In this document: one piece after another, positions 18,618 through 28,584 of the stretch | Position numbering within the stretch: the first letter of the stretch is position 1 | How the letters are laid out: each line of letters begins with the position of its first letter | Position numbers and translations under genes: made by a program | Assembly (NCBI GenBank): GCA_963719085.1 | Contig: CAVRAL010000001.1 | Coordinates: 544,001 to 608,000 of the forward strand | DNA length: 64,000 nt | Direction of reading: 5' to 3' | Origin: a candidate division FCPU426 bacterium | Lineage (GTDB): Bacteria; Oederibacteriota; Muellerivitia; Muellerivitales; Muellerivitaceae | Notes under the pieces: generated by a model | Database searches by the model: none | What the model was told of the DNA's origin: nothing | The model's input: only the letters and a program-made list of their open reading frames with translations

Positions 18618-20237
18618 TTGAAAAGCACCGGATTTTTATCGCAAGCGCGACTTTATAACCAGCCGGTTTTAATCGGCGGGATCGCTTTGGTGGCGGTAGG
18701 TTTATTGGGAATGTTGATCTTTAATTCCACGACTTGGTGGGGATTGGTTTTGACGTTGTCAGGGGTCGCGGCGCTGGCTGTTTTTTTGGCCGCCAATCTG
18801 GCCAATGTGAAAGAAATCGGCCGCAAGCGGAGCACCCAGGTCCGGGCCAATTTGTCCCTGGTCGCGGTGGCCGTGGTGGCCATTGTGATCACCTTAAATT
18901 ATATCGTGTCCCGGCATCCGGTCCGGTTTGATTGGACGTCCAATGGGGTCAATACCCTGGCGTCCCAGACCACGGATGTTTTGAAGGGTCTCAAACAAGA
19001 CGTGAATGTGACCATGCTAATTTCGGGGAAACATACCAATCCCCAGATCGGCATGCAGATCGGCCGGGCCCAGGAACTGCTGGAAGAGTACGGCAAGTAT
19101 TCCACCAAGTTCCACTTTAAAGCCGTGGACGTGGATAAAAATCCCGTGGAAGCCAAACGCCTGGATATCCATGAGTACAATACGGTGGTTTTTGAGAGCG
19201 GGGACAACCGCAAGGACGTCTTGCAGCGGGATTACATTACCTACGCTTTCACCGGACAACAGCCCACGGCGAAATTTGAGGGCGAGTCGGCTTTTACCTC
19301 CGCGCTTTTGAAGATGAGCGATACCTCGCATCCCGTCTTTTATTTCACCACCGGCCACGGGGAGCGGGACCGCAGTAATCCGCAAGGGGACGGGTTGAAC
19401 ACCTTCCAGGAGATGCTTCAAAAAGAGAATTACGATATCCGGGATTTGAACCTATTATCCGCGGGGAAAATTCCCGATGACGCGGCGGTGATCGCCATCC
19501 TGGGGCCGGGCCATTCTTTTCAGCCCTCCGAGATTGCGCTCCTGAAAGAGTTCGTGAAAAAAGGGGGCAAGATCGTGGCCATGGTGGATCCGGCGATGAA
19601 CTCCGGGCTGGAGCCTCTTTTTAAGGATTTTGGCGTGAAAATGGGAAATGATTTGGTGGTGGATACGATGAGCTTCGCCCCCCAGGATCCCCGGGCGGTT
19701 ATTCCGCAATATGAATCCCATCCGATTGTCTCCATGCTCGCGGACCAACGGCTGGTCACAATCCTGCCTTTTAGCCGCAGCGTGGGAAAAACCGATCCGG
19801 GCTTAAAAGGCGCCACGGCCACGGTTTTAATGCAAACCACCGACAAGGGATTTGGGGATACGGATTTAAAAGACCGGGCCTTGAAATATCATCCCGGGCT
19901 CGACCTCAAGGGCCCCGTTCCCATGGCGGTGGCCGCCGAATGGACCCTGCCCGACAAACCGGATACGACGGCCCGGTTGGTGGTTTTTGGAAATTCGACC
20001 TTTGTGACCAATCAAATGGTTCAAGCGCCCGGAAACATCGATCTGGGACTCAACAGTTTCAGCTGGGTTTTGGGGGACACCAATAAGATTTCCATCCATC
20101 CCAAAGAAGATGAGGCCCGGGTTTTGAACCTCTCCAACGTGGGCACGGCCTTCATCAGCTATTTGACCATTCTGGTCTTGCCGGGGGCGGTTTTGGTGGC
20201 CGGGAGCGTCATTTGGTGGCGCCGCCGCTCCTTATGA
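18618..20237 (+). CDS. ABC transporter auxiliary/substrate-binding component (GldG-like)
   Basis: RFDWTSNGVNTLASQT, YFTTGHGE, GPVPMAVA, RLVVFGNSTF, C-terminal TM ending WWRRR. Confidence 0.88.
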   Translation: MKSTGFLSQARLYNQPVLIGGIALVAVGLLGMLIFNSTTWWGLVLTLSGVAALAVFLAANLANVKEIGRKRSTQVRANLSLVAVAVVAIVITLNYIVSRHPVRFDWTSNGVNTLASQTTDVLKGLKQDVNVTMLISGKHTNPQIGMQIGRAQELLEEYGKYSTKFHFKAVDVDKNPVEAKRLDIHEYNTVVFESGDNRKDVLQRDYITYAFTGQQPTAKFEGESAFTSALLKMSDTSHPVFYFTTGHGERDRSNPQGDGLNTFQEMLQKENYDIRDLNLLSAGKIPDDAAVIAILGPGHSFQPSEIALLKEFVKKGGKIVAMVDPAMNSGLEPLFKDFGVKMGNDLVVDTMSFAPQDPRAVIPQYESHPIVSMLADQRLVTILPFSRSVGKTDPGLKGATATVLMQTTDKGFGDTDLKDRALKYHPGLDLKGPVPMAVAAEWTLPDKPDTTARLVVFGNSTFVTNQMVQAPGNIDLGLNSFSWVLGDTNKISIHPKEDEARVLNLSNVGTAFISYLTILVLPGAVLVAGSVIWWRRRSL

Positions 20238-21610
20238 AAAACTTCAGCTCTTCCTTCATCCTGATCGCGGTGGCCCTTCTTTTAGGCGCCTATGTCTTCT
20301 TTTTTGAGCGGGGGCCGGTTAAAAAAGAAGAAAAAAAAGACAAGGTTTTCACCCAGTTTGTCGCGGACGACGTGAAAGAAATCAAGCTTCATCAGCCCGC
20401 CGCCCGGGAGCCGTTGATTGATATCCAAAAAGACAAAGACGACCATTGGCAGATTTTAGCTCCGCTAAAACTGAAGGCCGATGAGGCCGTGATGCGGGGA
20501 GTTTTGATGAATGTGGGCGACATGAGCCCGGAGGATACCCTGGATCATCCGGATGAGCTGGCGGATTACGGTCTCAATACAGGGGCCGCCCAGGCCGATT
20601 TTATTTTTAAAGACGGAACCCAGCAGACCTTGATGATCGGTGATAAGGACATTTCGGGTTCTTCCGCCTATGTGAAACCGGCGAATCAAACCAAAGTTTA
20701 TCTGGTGCCCTCTTACGTGACCGATAATTTCGCCAAATCGGTCGACGACTTTCGGGACCATTCGGTCATCGAGACTGATTTGGTCCAAGCGGACCAGATT
20801 CGGATCACCCATGGCGCCAAGACCCTGGAATTGAAAAAAGACAAGGACAACAACTGGAGTTTGACGCGCCCCGCGGCCGGAAAGGCCGATCCGATGAAAG
20901 TGCGCGATGTTTTGACCGCGGCCAATGACTTGAAGATTGACAAGTTTGAAACGGACCACCCGACGGACCTTAAAATTTATGGTTTGGCCTCGCCCAGCGC
21001 CATTTTGGAAATCGGCTCGTCCCAAGCCGCCGCCAAGGAGCAGGTTCTTTATCTGGGGAGGGATAAGCTGAAAACCACCGATGTCTTCGCCCAATTAAAA
21101 GGACAGAGCGCGGTTTTTTTACTTCCCCAAAGTTTTGAAAAGAGTTTGGACCTAAAACCCAATGATTTTAAAGATAAGACCTTGCTTCAATTTGACGCCA
21201 GCCGGGCCACCCGACTGACGGTTTCCCATAATGGGAAATCGATCGTTTACGTGAAAGACGCTCAGGGGCGCTGGCAATCCCTGGGACGGGATAAGGCCAA
21301 TGACGAAGGCAGCGGCGTTTTGAGTCAATTGGCGCTTTTGACGATCGCCGACTTTTCCGCGGACCGCTCGAAATCAGGGTTGAAACATCCCGCTTATTCA
21401 GCCGAAGTGACTTTTGACGACCAAACGGCCCATCACTATCAATTTGGCAACCGGGATCAGGATAAAATTTATCTCACGGCTAATTTTGGCCCAAAGGGTA
21501 AAAGCCCGGAAGTTTATTTAGTCTCGGCGAGCGTGGCCGCTCCTTTGGAGACTATTTTTAGCGCGCCGGTGAAGGCTTCCGCTCCGCCGTCGCCGACCCA
21601 CGCGCCATAA
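20234..21610 (+). CDS. DUF4340-domain protein (repeated domains)
   Basis: N-terminal TM; repeated W...P...KAD...YGL..P...L.IG units; usual position after GldG. Confidence 0.8.
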   Translation: MKNFSSSFILIAVALLLGAYVFFFERGPVKKEEKKDKVFTQFVADDVKEIKLHQPAAREPLIDIQKDKDDHWQILAPLKLKADEAVMRGVLMNVGDMSPEDTLDHPDELADYGLNTGAAQADFIFKDGTQQTLMIGDKDISGSSAYVKPANQTKVYLVPSYVTDNFAKSVDDFRDHSVIETDLVQADQIRITHGAKTLELKKDKDNNWSLTRPAAGKADPMKVRDVLTAANDLKIDKFETDHPTDLKIYGLASPSAILEIGSSQAAAKEQVLYLGRDKLKTTDVFAQLKGQSAVFLLPQSFEKSLDLKPNDFKDKTLLQFDASRATRLTVSHNGKSIVYVKDAQGRWQSLGRDKANDEGSGVLSQLALLTIADFSADRSKSGLKHPAYSAEVTFDDQTAHHYQFGNRDQDKIYLTANFGPKGKSPEVYLVSASVAAPLETIFSAPVKASAPPSPTHAP

Positions 21611-21650
21611 CCAACTGGTGATTTATCCGTGATTTGTTTATAGTTGGCCC

Positions 21651-22424
21651 ATGCCCAAACGCCCACCGGATCCGCCCCGCCGTTTTACCGACCATTTGAC
21701 CGAACTGCGACGAATGATGATTCGGTTGGCGGCGGCCTGTTTCATCGGCGTGGTGGCGGCCTTTTTAAAATCAGATTGGCTTTTTTCGGCTTTGCTTTAT
21801 CCCTTCACCCAAATTCTGGCGAAATATCCATCCCTGCAGGCGAAGGTTCAAACTTTGCAGACCCTCACGCCGGTGGAAGCCTTTATGGTCAACATGAAGC
21901 TGGCCACGATCGTCGGGCTGGTTTTGGCGTCTCCCTATATTTTGCGGGAAATTTGGGCCTTCGCGGTGCCGGCCTTGAAGCCGACCGAGAGGCAGGCGCT
22001 GCTCATTGTTTTTAGTTTGGGATTATTTTTTTTCGCCGGCGGGGTTTTGTTCGGCTATTGGGTGGTAATTCCCCTGGCGCTCGAGTTTTTGATGAAGTAC
22101 AACCTGAGCTTTCATTTCACGCCCCAATGGACCTTGGAAGGATACTTTAATTTTGTGATGAACTTTTTGCTGGTTTTCGGCCTGGTTTTTGAGCTGCCTT
22201 TGATTTTGGCCGCTTTGGTCAGTATCGGCATCGCGACGCCGGCCTTTTTGGCCCATAAACGAAAACACGCCATTGTGGGCATCTTTATCGTGTCGGCTTT
22301 TTTGGCGCCCAGCGCCGACCCGGTGACCCAAACGATTGTGGCGGTGCCCCTTATCCTTCTTTATGAGGTGGGAATATGGCTTTCATACTTGGCCATGCGC
22401 CAGAAAACGAATTCCTTGCCCTAA
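21651..22424 (+). CDS. tatC: Twin-arginine translocase subunit TatC
   Basis: DHLTELRR, TPVEAF, EIWAFAVPALKPTE, FGLVFELP, ADPVTQ, LYEVGI. Confidence 0.95.
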   Translation: MPKRPPDPPRRFTDHLTELRRMMIRLAAACFIGVVAAFLKSDWLFSALLYPFTQILAKYPSLQAKVQTLQTLTPVEAFMVNMKLATIVGLVLASPYILREIWAFAVPALKPTERQALLIVFSLGLFFFAGGVLFGYWVVIPLALEFLMKYNLSFHFTPQWTLEGYFNFVMNFLLVFGLVFELPLILAALVSIGIATPAFLAHKRKHAIVGIFIVSAFLAPSADPVTQTIVAVPLILLYEVGIWLSYLAMRQKTNSLP

Positions 22425-22441
22425 GGGTTAAAGCGCCTTCG

Positions 22442-22470
22442 TTGACATTTGAATTCTAAGACCCCATAAT
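22442..22470 (+). promoter_or_regulatory. Sigma70 promoter for transaldolase
   Basis: TTGACA-N17-CATAAT. Confidence 0.7.
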
Positions 22471-22512
22471 TTAATGAACACTACATATCCCCTAGGGATA
22501 GCGGAGGCTGTC

Positions 22513-23172
22513 ATGAAATTTTTCTTGGATACGGCTAATTTGGATGAAATCAAGCAGGGTGTGGCCATGGGTTTGGTGGATGGCGTGACCACGAACCCAT
22601 CGTTGGTGGTGAAGGAACAAGGGGTGGATTTTCACACCCGCATTAAGGAAATTTGCGCCGTCGTCAACGGCTCGGTTTCGGCCGAGGTGACGGCGGTCGA
22701 TTTTGACGGCATGATGAAGGAAGGCCACACGCTGGCCAAGCTGCATGACAATGTGACAGTGAAGGTTCCTTTGATCCCCGAAGGCTTGAAGGCTTGCCGG
22801 GCTTTAAGCCAAGAGGGAATCAAGGTCAACGTGACCTTGTGTTTCTCCGCCTCCCAAGCGCTTTTGGCCGCGAAAGCCGGAGCGACTTTTATCAGCCCCT
22901 TCGTGGGGCGTTTGGACGATATTTCCCAAGACGGCATGCAATTGATCAAAGATATCAAGCTTATCTACGACAATTACGGTTTCAAGACCCAGATCCTGGC
23001 GGCCTCCCTGCGCCATCCCATGCACATCGTGGAATCGGCGAAGGCAGGAGCCCATGTGGGAACCATGCCCTTTGGCGTTTTGAAGATGCTCTTCAACCAC
23101 CCCTTGACCGAGAGCGGCCTCAAGAAGTTTTTGGCCGACTGGGAAAAGACGAAGGAAGCTCAGAAGAAATAA
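22513..23172 (+). CDS. tal: Transaldolase / fructose-6-phosphate aldolase (small type)
   Basis: [44 protein letters not shown] before ATG 22513. Confidence 0.9.
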   Translation: MKFFLDTANLDEIKQGVAMGLVDGVTTNPSLVVKEQGVDFHTRIKEICAVVNGSVSAEVTAVDFDGMMKEGHTLAKLHDNVTVKVPLIPEGLKACRALSQEGIKVNVTLCFSASQALLAAKAGATFISPFVGRLDDISQDGMQLIKDIKLIYDNYGFKTQILAASLRHPMHIVESAKAGAHVGTMPFGVLKMLFNHPLTESGLKKFLADWEKTKEAQKK

Positions 23173-23194
23173 GCCGCTCAAAAGACTGGGTTTG

Positions 23195-23227
23195 AAAAAA
23201 GGCGGTCTTCGGACCGCCTTTTTTTTT
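23195..23227 (+). terminator. Intrinsic terminator
   Basis: AAAAAAGGCGGTC-TTCG-GACCGCCTTTTTTTTT, with a cUUCGg tetraloop. Confidence 0.9.
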
Positions 23228-23246
23228 CCAGCCAGAAAGAAGTCCG

Positions 23247-23474
23247 ATGCCTGATTTTTCATCCCTGGGGAAAAGTTTGCTGGTTTTGGGATTGGGGTTA
23301 AGCCTGATCGGAACGGCTTTTCTATTTTCCGAGAAAATCCCATGGTTGGGCCGGTTGCCCGGTGATTTTCGGGTTGAAAAGGGCGGCGTCTCCTTTTATT
23401 TTCCCTTGGCTTCCTGCCTATTGGCTTCGGTTTTGTTGTCCTTTTTCGCATGGGTTTTCTCGAAAATTAAATGA
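23247..23474 (+). CDS. DUF2905 small membrane protein
   Basis: LGRLPGDFRVEKGGVSFYFPLASCLLAS pattern; usual neighbour of spoIID/queA. Confidence 0.88.
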   Translation: MPDFSSLGKSLLVLGLGLSLIGTAFLFSEKIPWLGRLPGDFRVEKGGVSFYFPLASCLLASVLLSFFAWVFSKIK

Positions 23475-24667
23475 AAACATTTTTCATCGCCTGTTTCCTC
23501 GCGGGAACCCTGGCCGGATGCGCTGAAATAAAGCCGGCCTCCGATCCTTTTTTTATTTCCGATACCCCCGCCCCGTCGAACCAATCCCTGGATTCGGGCG
23601 AGCCCCATCCCCGCATTCGAGTGGCCATCCTGGTGCGCCAATCCAGCGTCCATTTGTCCGCTCCTGAGTCTTTTGTTTTGACCGGTTTTTCCCTGGAAGG
23701 AACGCCCGAAGCCGGGGATTCCCATACCCAGTCTTTTCAAGACATCACCTTGACCACCAATCAAATCGACGGGAAACAAGCCTTGTTGACGCCGATGGGG
23801 GAGGGGCAAATCGAGGTGGATCATGAGCCCTACCGCGGTTCGATTGAAATTTTGGACAATGGGGACGGAACCCTGACGGTGGTGAATGACGTGGATCTGG
23901 AAGATTACGTCATGGGGGTCGTGGCGGGTGAGGTCCCCAAAAACTGGCCTTTGGAGGCCCTGAAGGCCCAAGCCATCGCGGCGCGGACTTTCGCGGTTTT
24001 GAAACATCAGGAAGCGATCCGTTCCGGAAGCCCCTATGACCTTGAAAATACCTCTTTGTTTCAAATGTACAAGGGCTCGGGAACCATCAACGATAATATC
24101 CGTCAGGCGGTCGTGGAGTCGGATGAGGAAATTATTACTTATGACAATCAACCCATAGAGGCGTTTTTCCATTCCAATTGCGGCGGGGAAACTTCCGGGT
24201 CCATGAGTGTTTGGAGCCAGGACAAACCCTATCTTCAACCGGTGATTTGTGATTATTGCCGCGGCGGCTCGCATTTTCGCTGGACGGCTGAAATTTTAAT
24301 TAAGGATATGGTCCGGGACTTAAGGGCGGCCGGCCTTAAAATCGGGGATGTGGCGGGGCTAAAAGTTTTGTCACGGGATGACAGCGGGCGCATTTCGGTT
24401 TTAGGCATCCTGGACGCGGACGGGGAATTGAAAAGCATGAAATCGAACGCCTTTCGCATGGCCCTGGGACCGGATCTCATCCGCAGCACCCGGTTTGAGG
24501 CCCAAGTTAAGAATGACCGGATTGTTTTCAACGGGTTAGGCTGGGGCCATGGGGTGGGAATGTGCCAAGAAGGCGCTTGCGGGATGGCGTTGAAAGGGTA
24601 TAACGCCTATGAGATTATCCGGCACTACTACCGGGGGGTATTGGTGGAAAAGTTGAGGGCGCATTGA
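23471..24667 (+). CDS. SpoIID/LytB-domain lipoprotein (lytic transglycosylase-like)
   Basis: LAGC lipobox; YRGSIE, LEDYVMGVVAGE, EALKAQAIAART, GWGHGVGMCQEGA. Confidence 0.92.
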   Translation: MKTFFIACFLAGTLAGCAEIKPASDPFFISDTPAPSNQSLDSGEPHPRIRVAILVRQSSVHLSAPESFVLTGFSLEGTPEAGDSHTQSFQDITLTTNQIDGKQALLTPMGEGQIEVDHEPYRGSIEILDNGDGTLTVVNDVDLEDYVMGVVAGEVPKNWPLEALKAQAIAARTFAVLKHQEAIRSGSPYDLENTSLFQMYKGSGTINDNIRQAVVESDEEIITYDNQPIEAFFHSNCGGETSGSMSVWSQDKPYLQPVICDYCRGGSHFRWTAEILIKDMVRDLRAAGLKIGDVAGLKVLSRDDSGRISVLGILDADGELKSMKSNAFRMALGPDLIRSTRFEAQVKNDRIVFNGLGWGHGVGMCQEGACGMALKGYNAYEIIRHYYRGVLVEKLRAH

Positions 24668-25701
24668 AAACCAGCCTGTTTCACTACAATCTTCCGGCGG
24701 AGTTGGTGGCCCAGCGGCCCCTGGCTCAGCGGGACGCTTCGCGTCTATTGGTTTTGGACCGTAAAACCGGCCGGGTCACCCACAGCCGGGTGAAGGATCT
24801 GGCGCATTGGCTTTTGCCCGAGGACTTGTTGGTGTTGAACCAGACCAAAGTCATCCCAGCCCGGCTTTGGGCCGAAAAAACGGAGACCGGGGCCAAGATT
24901 GAGATTTTCCTGTTGCGGCGGACCCGCCCGGAGGACCCTTACGAATGGGAGGCGCTGGTTTCCCCGGCCAAAAGAATTAAAGGCAATCCCATCCTCAAGA
25001 TCCATCCCAAGGGCGAAGCCGCGATTTTAGAGCCGCTGGGGGAGGGGCATTTCCTCATCCGGCTCAATAAGACCGGTTCGTTTCAAAAATTCCTCGCCCA
25101 AGCGGGGCATATCCCGCTGCCGCCTTATATCCACCGCGCGGATGGGGCCGCGGATTGGAGCCGTTACCAAACGGTGTTCGCCAAGACTGAAGGCTCCGTG
25201 GCGGCCCCCACGGCGGGGCTTCATTTCACCCAAAAATTATTCGCGGATTTGAAAAAAAGAGGGGTGCGGACCGCGCCGGTCCTCCTGCATGTGGGCCTGG
25301 GGACTTTTTTGGGTGTTTCGTCCCCGGATACCGAGGACCATGTGATGCATCCGGAAAGATTCCAGATCAAGGCCCCGGCGATCCGGGCCATCGAACGGGC
25401 GCGGGAAAAAGGCGGGCGGGTGATCGCGGTGGGTACCACCGTGGTTCGAACCTTGGAATCGGCGGTGGACGCCCGCGGGGTTTTAACGGCCCAAGAGGGG
25501 GAGACCCGCCTTTTCGTCACGCCCGGCTACCCTTTCCGGGCCATTGACGCCCTTTTCACTAATTTCCACCAATCCGAATCCACGCTTTTGATGTTGGTCT
25601 GCGCATTCGCGGGCCGGGAAAGGGTTTTGGCCGCCTACGAGGAAGCGATCCGGGAAAAATACCGTTTCTTTTCCTATGGGGACGCCATGCTGATTTTGTG
25701 A
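24664..25701 (+). CDS. queA: S-adenosylmethionine:tRNA ribosyltransferase-isomerase
   Basis: PLPPYI, YQTVFA, GSVAAPTAGLHF, LHVGLGTF, TNFH, YRFFSYGDAMLI. Confidence 0.97.
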   Translation: MKTSLFHYNLPAELVAQRPLAQRDASRLLVLDRKTGRVTHSRVKDLAHWLLPEDLLVLNQTKVIPARLWAEKTETGAKIEIFLLRRTRPEDPYEWEALVSPAKRIKGNPILKIHPKGEAAILEPLGEGHFLIRLNKTGSFQKFLAQAGHIPLPPYIHRADGAADWSRYQTVFAKTEGSVAAPTAGLHFTQKLFADLKKRGVRTAPVLLHVGLGTFLGVSSPDTEDHVMHPERFQIKAPAIRAIERAREKGGRVIAVGTTVVRTLESAVDARGVLTAQEGETRLFVTPGYPFRAIDALFTNFHQSESTLLMLVCAFAGRERVLAAYEEAIREKYRFFSYGDAMLIL

Positions 25702-25781
25702 AAGGATTTTTAAAATAAAAGGCATTTAGCAATGATGCCGCGGGGCAACGCCGCTCTCGCTTGACCCCTCTGTGGGAGAGC

Positions 25782-25862
25782 GGTGTGGACGAAGATAAAT
25801 GCGGATTAGCAGTGAAGCGAATGAAGGATTTTTTCACCGGCGTCCATCCGCGTTTATCAATG
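25782..25862. repeat. Small inverted-repeat element, copy 1 (RRACGCNGAT units)
   Basis: GATAAATGCGGAT (25794-25806) is inverted against ATCCGCGTTTATC (25846-25858). The right arm read on the minus strand, CATTGATAAACGCGGATGGACGCCGGT, resembles 37021-37047. Confidence 0.6.
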
Positions 25863-25879
25863 CGAAACATTTCGGGATT

Positions 25880-26311
25880 CTAGGCTTTGTTGACCATCCA
25901 GGCGGAAAATTCGCCTAAGAATTTTTTAAAACCTTCCAAATGCTCCGGCGGGAAATGATATTTCGAATCCGCCTTTTCCAGGACGCGGCTGAAGCAATCC
26001 AGCCAAATCTTTCGGGCGACCTCATCGATCTCGAAAGGCAAGTGGCGGGCCCGCATCCGGGGCGGGCCGTAGGTTTGGGCGTAAAGAGGCGGGCCGCCCA
26101 AGAGCGTCACAAAAAAGAGGGCTGACTTTTGGGAAGCCTCTTCCATGTCCGGGGGGAAAAGCGCCCGTATTTCTGAATTTCCAAGTTCCTGGTAAAAATC
26201 CGACAGCATCCGAAAAATATTTTCTTGTCCCATTTTCTGGTATATTTCGGGGCTGGGCGGTTGGCCTTGAGGACCGCCGGGCGGCGTATAAATCGGGCTT
26301 TCGCGCTCCAT
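25880..26311 (-). CDS. Truncated (2/2) hemoglobin, group II-like
   Basis: DFY (B9-B10), LFPPD, LLGGPPLY, PRMRARHLPFEID...WLDCF. Confidence 0.88.
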   Translation of the reverse strand: MERESPIYTPPGGPQGQPPSPEIYQKMGQENIFRMLSDFYQELGNSEIRALFPPDMEEASQKSALFFVTLLGGPPLYAQTYGPPRMRARHLPFEIDEVARKIWLDCFSRVLEKADSKYHFPPEHLEGFKKFLGEFSAWMVNKA

Positions 26312-26379
26312 TGTGATTTCTTCCTTGGGCCACTCAATTTGGAAAACAAGGCATTTTAGGCTGGAAAGGGAATGGAAGA

Positions 26380-28584
26380 ATGAAAAAAGCGCCGGTTGGT
26401 TTATGGTTCGCTTTGGCCCTTTTGGGGGTTTGGGTTTGCTTCCATTTCAGGGTTTTGTTCGAGGGTCGAAATTTCGTTTATATGGACGCCAGTTGTTTTT
26501 TTTATCCTTTGTGGAGTTGGGGAGCCAGGGTTTGGAATGGGGGCCACATCCCGCTTTGGAATCCGGACGAGGCCTTTGGTTTTCCTTATTTTACCGACCC
26601 GGAAATGCTTTGTTGGTATCCCCCGAAGATTTTGTTTTACCGTTTGTTTTCCGAAGGGGCGGCGTTTAAATATTTGGACCTTCTTCATTATTTGTGGTTT
26701 TTGGCGGGTTTTTGGATTCTCGCCCGAAAAAGAGGTTTTGGGGAATGGCCGATTTGGATTGGTTCCTTAGTCGTTGGGTTTTCCTTTGTGATGGTGGGTT
26801 TAAGTACTTGGGCGCAGGCGATGTTTTTCGCCGCCACTTGGATTCCTTGGGTTTTTATCGCCGCCGGGATGGCGTGGGAAGGGGAGCGGGGCGGCCTCTT
26901 GTTTTTTTCCCTTTGTTCCGGACTGCAATTGTCCGCGGGCTATCCTGTTTACGCCTATCTGACCCTTTTCGCTCTTTTCGCCGAAAAGGCCCTCGAGGCC
27001 GCGCTCCGATGGAATGAAAACCGTAAAAAATTCTGGCGGGGACTGTGGGGTTTGGGAGCGGGAACGACTTTGTCAGTCTTATACAATTTGGTTTGGATCC
27101 TTCCGTTTTTAGAGTTTTCTCCCGTCAGTAATATCGGCCGTCGGTTGGAACTGGCCTCAAGCCTTGGAGTCTCGAATCTCGCCACTTGGGTGAACCCCTT
27201 TTTTTGCGGCCATCCTTTTTTTGACCATGATTCCACCCCCTACTCGGTGACGGTTTATTTTATGGGGCTGCCGGTGGTTTGTCTTATTCTCTGGGGATTG
27301 GCCAAACGGCGGTTGGGCGGGCCTTTGGTTTTTTCATTTTTTGTTTTTTTAATCTTGAGCCTGGGAAAAACAGCCGGGGTGGGGGAATGGTTGAAACATT
27401 TTGTCCCGGGCTATGGGTGGGTGGCTCGATCGGGTTACTGGATGCCCGTGCTGTGCTTTTTCGCGTCTCGGCTGGTTTTGGAGGCGGTCCAGGCTTTTCT
27501 GGAGAAACACCGGGACCAACGCGTGGATTGGACCTGGTGGCTCATTTCTTTAACCACGGTTTTGACGGCTTTGGCGCTGGGTGTGCCTGATGATCTTTCT
27601 TCCTTTTGGGTTTGCGCTTTCTGCCTTTTGGCGTTGGGGTTCAGGAAGATTCCGCCTTTGGGACAAGGGTGTTTATTGACCGGCGCGGTGTTTTTTTCGC
27701 TCGCGCCGGTCGCGTTAAACCTTCATTTCACGCTTCCTCAATCTTATTACGATGACAAACCGCCGATGGCCCAGGCGTTGGGGGGGCCGGGCCGTCTTTT
27801 TGAGACCCCGGAGTTTGTCGACGCGAATCGCGCGATCTCGGGCCGGGATATGAACGATGTTTATGAAAAATTCAAGCAAACCCTCTTGCCCAATTGGCCG
27901 CTACAATTTGGGATGGAGCAGACTTCCTTCAATAATACGATATTTTTGACCGAATTCCTGCGCTGGTATTTCGCGCCGATGGAAGCGGACGCGTCTTCCC
28001 GAATGAAATTTATCGATTACTTGGGGGGGCGGTACATCGCGGGTTCGGGGGAGTATTCGGGCGCCCAAACGATAAACGCGACTCCCTTGGCGTCTGTTTG
28101 GGAAAATCCGGGCGCTTTTCCCAAATGGTTTTCGGTTTCCAAGGCCTTGCCCCAAGGGGAGTGGGACGCGGATTTTAAGGCCATGGAAGGACCGGGTTTT
28201 AATTTTAGCCGCGATTGTTTTGCGGGTGACCCCGCCACGGCAGGGCCTTATACCCGGCGGGAAGTCCGGCTCGCGGGCTCCACGGCGGACCGGATTGAAT
28301 TGGAAGCCCCGGGAGACGGGCGGGCGCTTTTAGTTTCAAGCGAACTGGCTTATCCCGGATGGCACGCCCTCGTGGACGGAAAAAAACGGCCCTTGGAAGT
28401 GGTGAACCACAGTTTCCGGGGATTGGTTTTGGAAAAAGGCGAGAGCCATGTGATCCTTGATTATTCGCCGGTCTCTTTCCGGTTGGGTATGTTTTTATCG
28501 CTTCTGATGGTGTTTGTTTGGATTGGGTTGCTGTTTGAATTCTTTGTTTCGGGAGCCTCGCGACATGGCCGTTCACGAGTTTAA
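26380..28584 (+). CDS. YfhO-family / GT-C-like multi-pass membrane protein
   Basis: GHIPLWNPDEAFGFP; many TM helices; C-terminal LLVSSELAYPGWHALVDG...VNHSFRGLVLEKGESHVILDYSP. Confidence 0.82.
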   Translation: MKKAPVGLWFALALLGVWVCFHFRVLFEGRNFVYMDASCFFYPLWSWGARVWNGGHIPLWNPDEAFGFPYFTDPEMLCWYPPKILFYRLFSEGAAFKYLDLLHYLWFLAGFWILARKRGFGEWPIWIGSLVVGFSFVMVGLSTWAQAMFFAATWIPWVFIAAGMAWEGERGGLLFFSLCSGLQLSAGYPVYAYLTLFALFAEKALEAALRWNENRKKFWRGLWGLGAGTTLSVLYNLVWILPFLEFSPVSNIGRRLELASSLGVSNLATWVNPFFCGHPFFDHDSTPYSVTVYFMGLPVVCLILWGLAKRRLGGPLVFSFFVFLILSLGKTAGVGEWLKHFVPGYGWVARSGYWMPVLCFFASRLVLEAVQAFLEKHRDQRVDWTWWLISLTTVLTALALGVPDDLSSFWVCAFCLLALGFRKIPPLGQGCLLTGAVFFSLAPVALNLHFTLPQSYYDDKPPMAQALGGPGRLFETPEFVDANRAISGRDMNDVYEKFKQTLLPNWPLQFGMEQTSFNNTIFLTEFLRWYFAPMEADASSRMKFIDYLGGRYIAGSGEYSGAQTINATPLASVWENPGAFPKWFSVSKALPQGEWDADFKAMEGPGFNFSRDCFAGDPATAGPYTRREVRLAGSTADRIELEAPGDGRALLVSSELAYPGWHALVDGKKRPLEVVNHSFRGLVLEKGESHVILDYSPVSFRLGMFLSLLMVFVWIGLLFEFFVSGASRHGRSRV

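Noticed and set aside
16961..21610. GldAFG-like genes as evidence of gliding motility
   Set aside because: This ABC module with DUF4340 is widespread in non-gliding bacteria, and no gldKLMN or sprB is present here.
23471..24667. SpoIID as a sign of sporulation
   Set aside because: SpoIID/LytB domains next to queA are common in non-sporulating bacteria.
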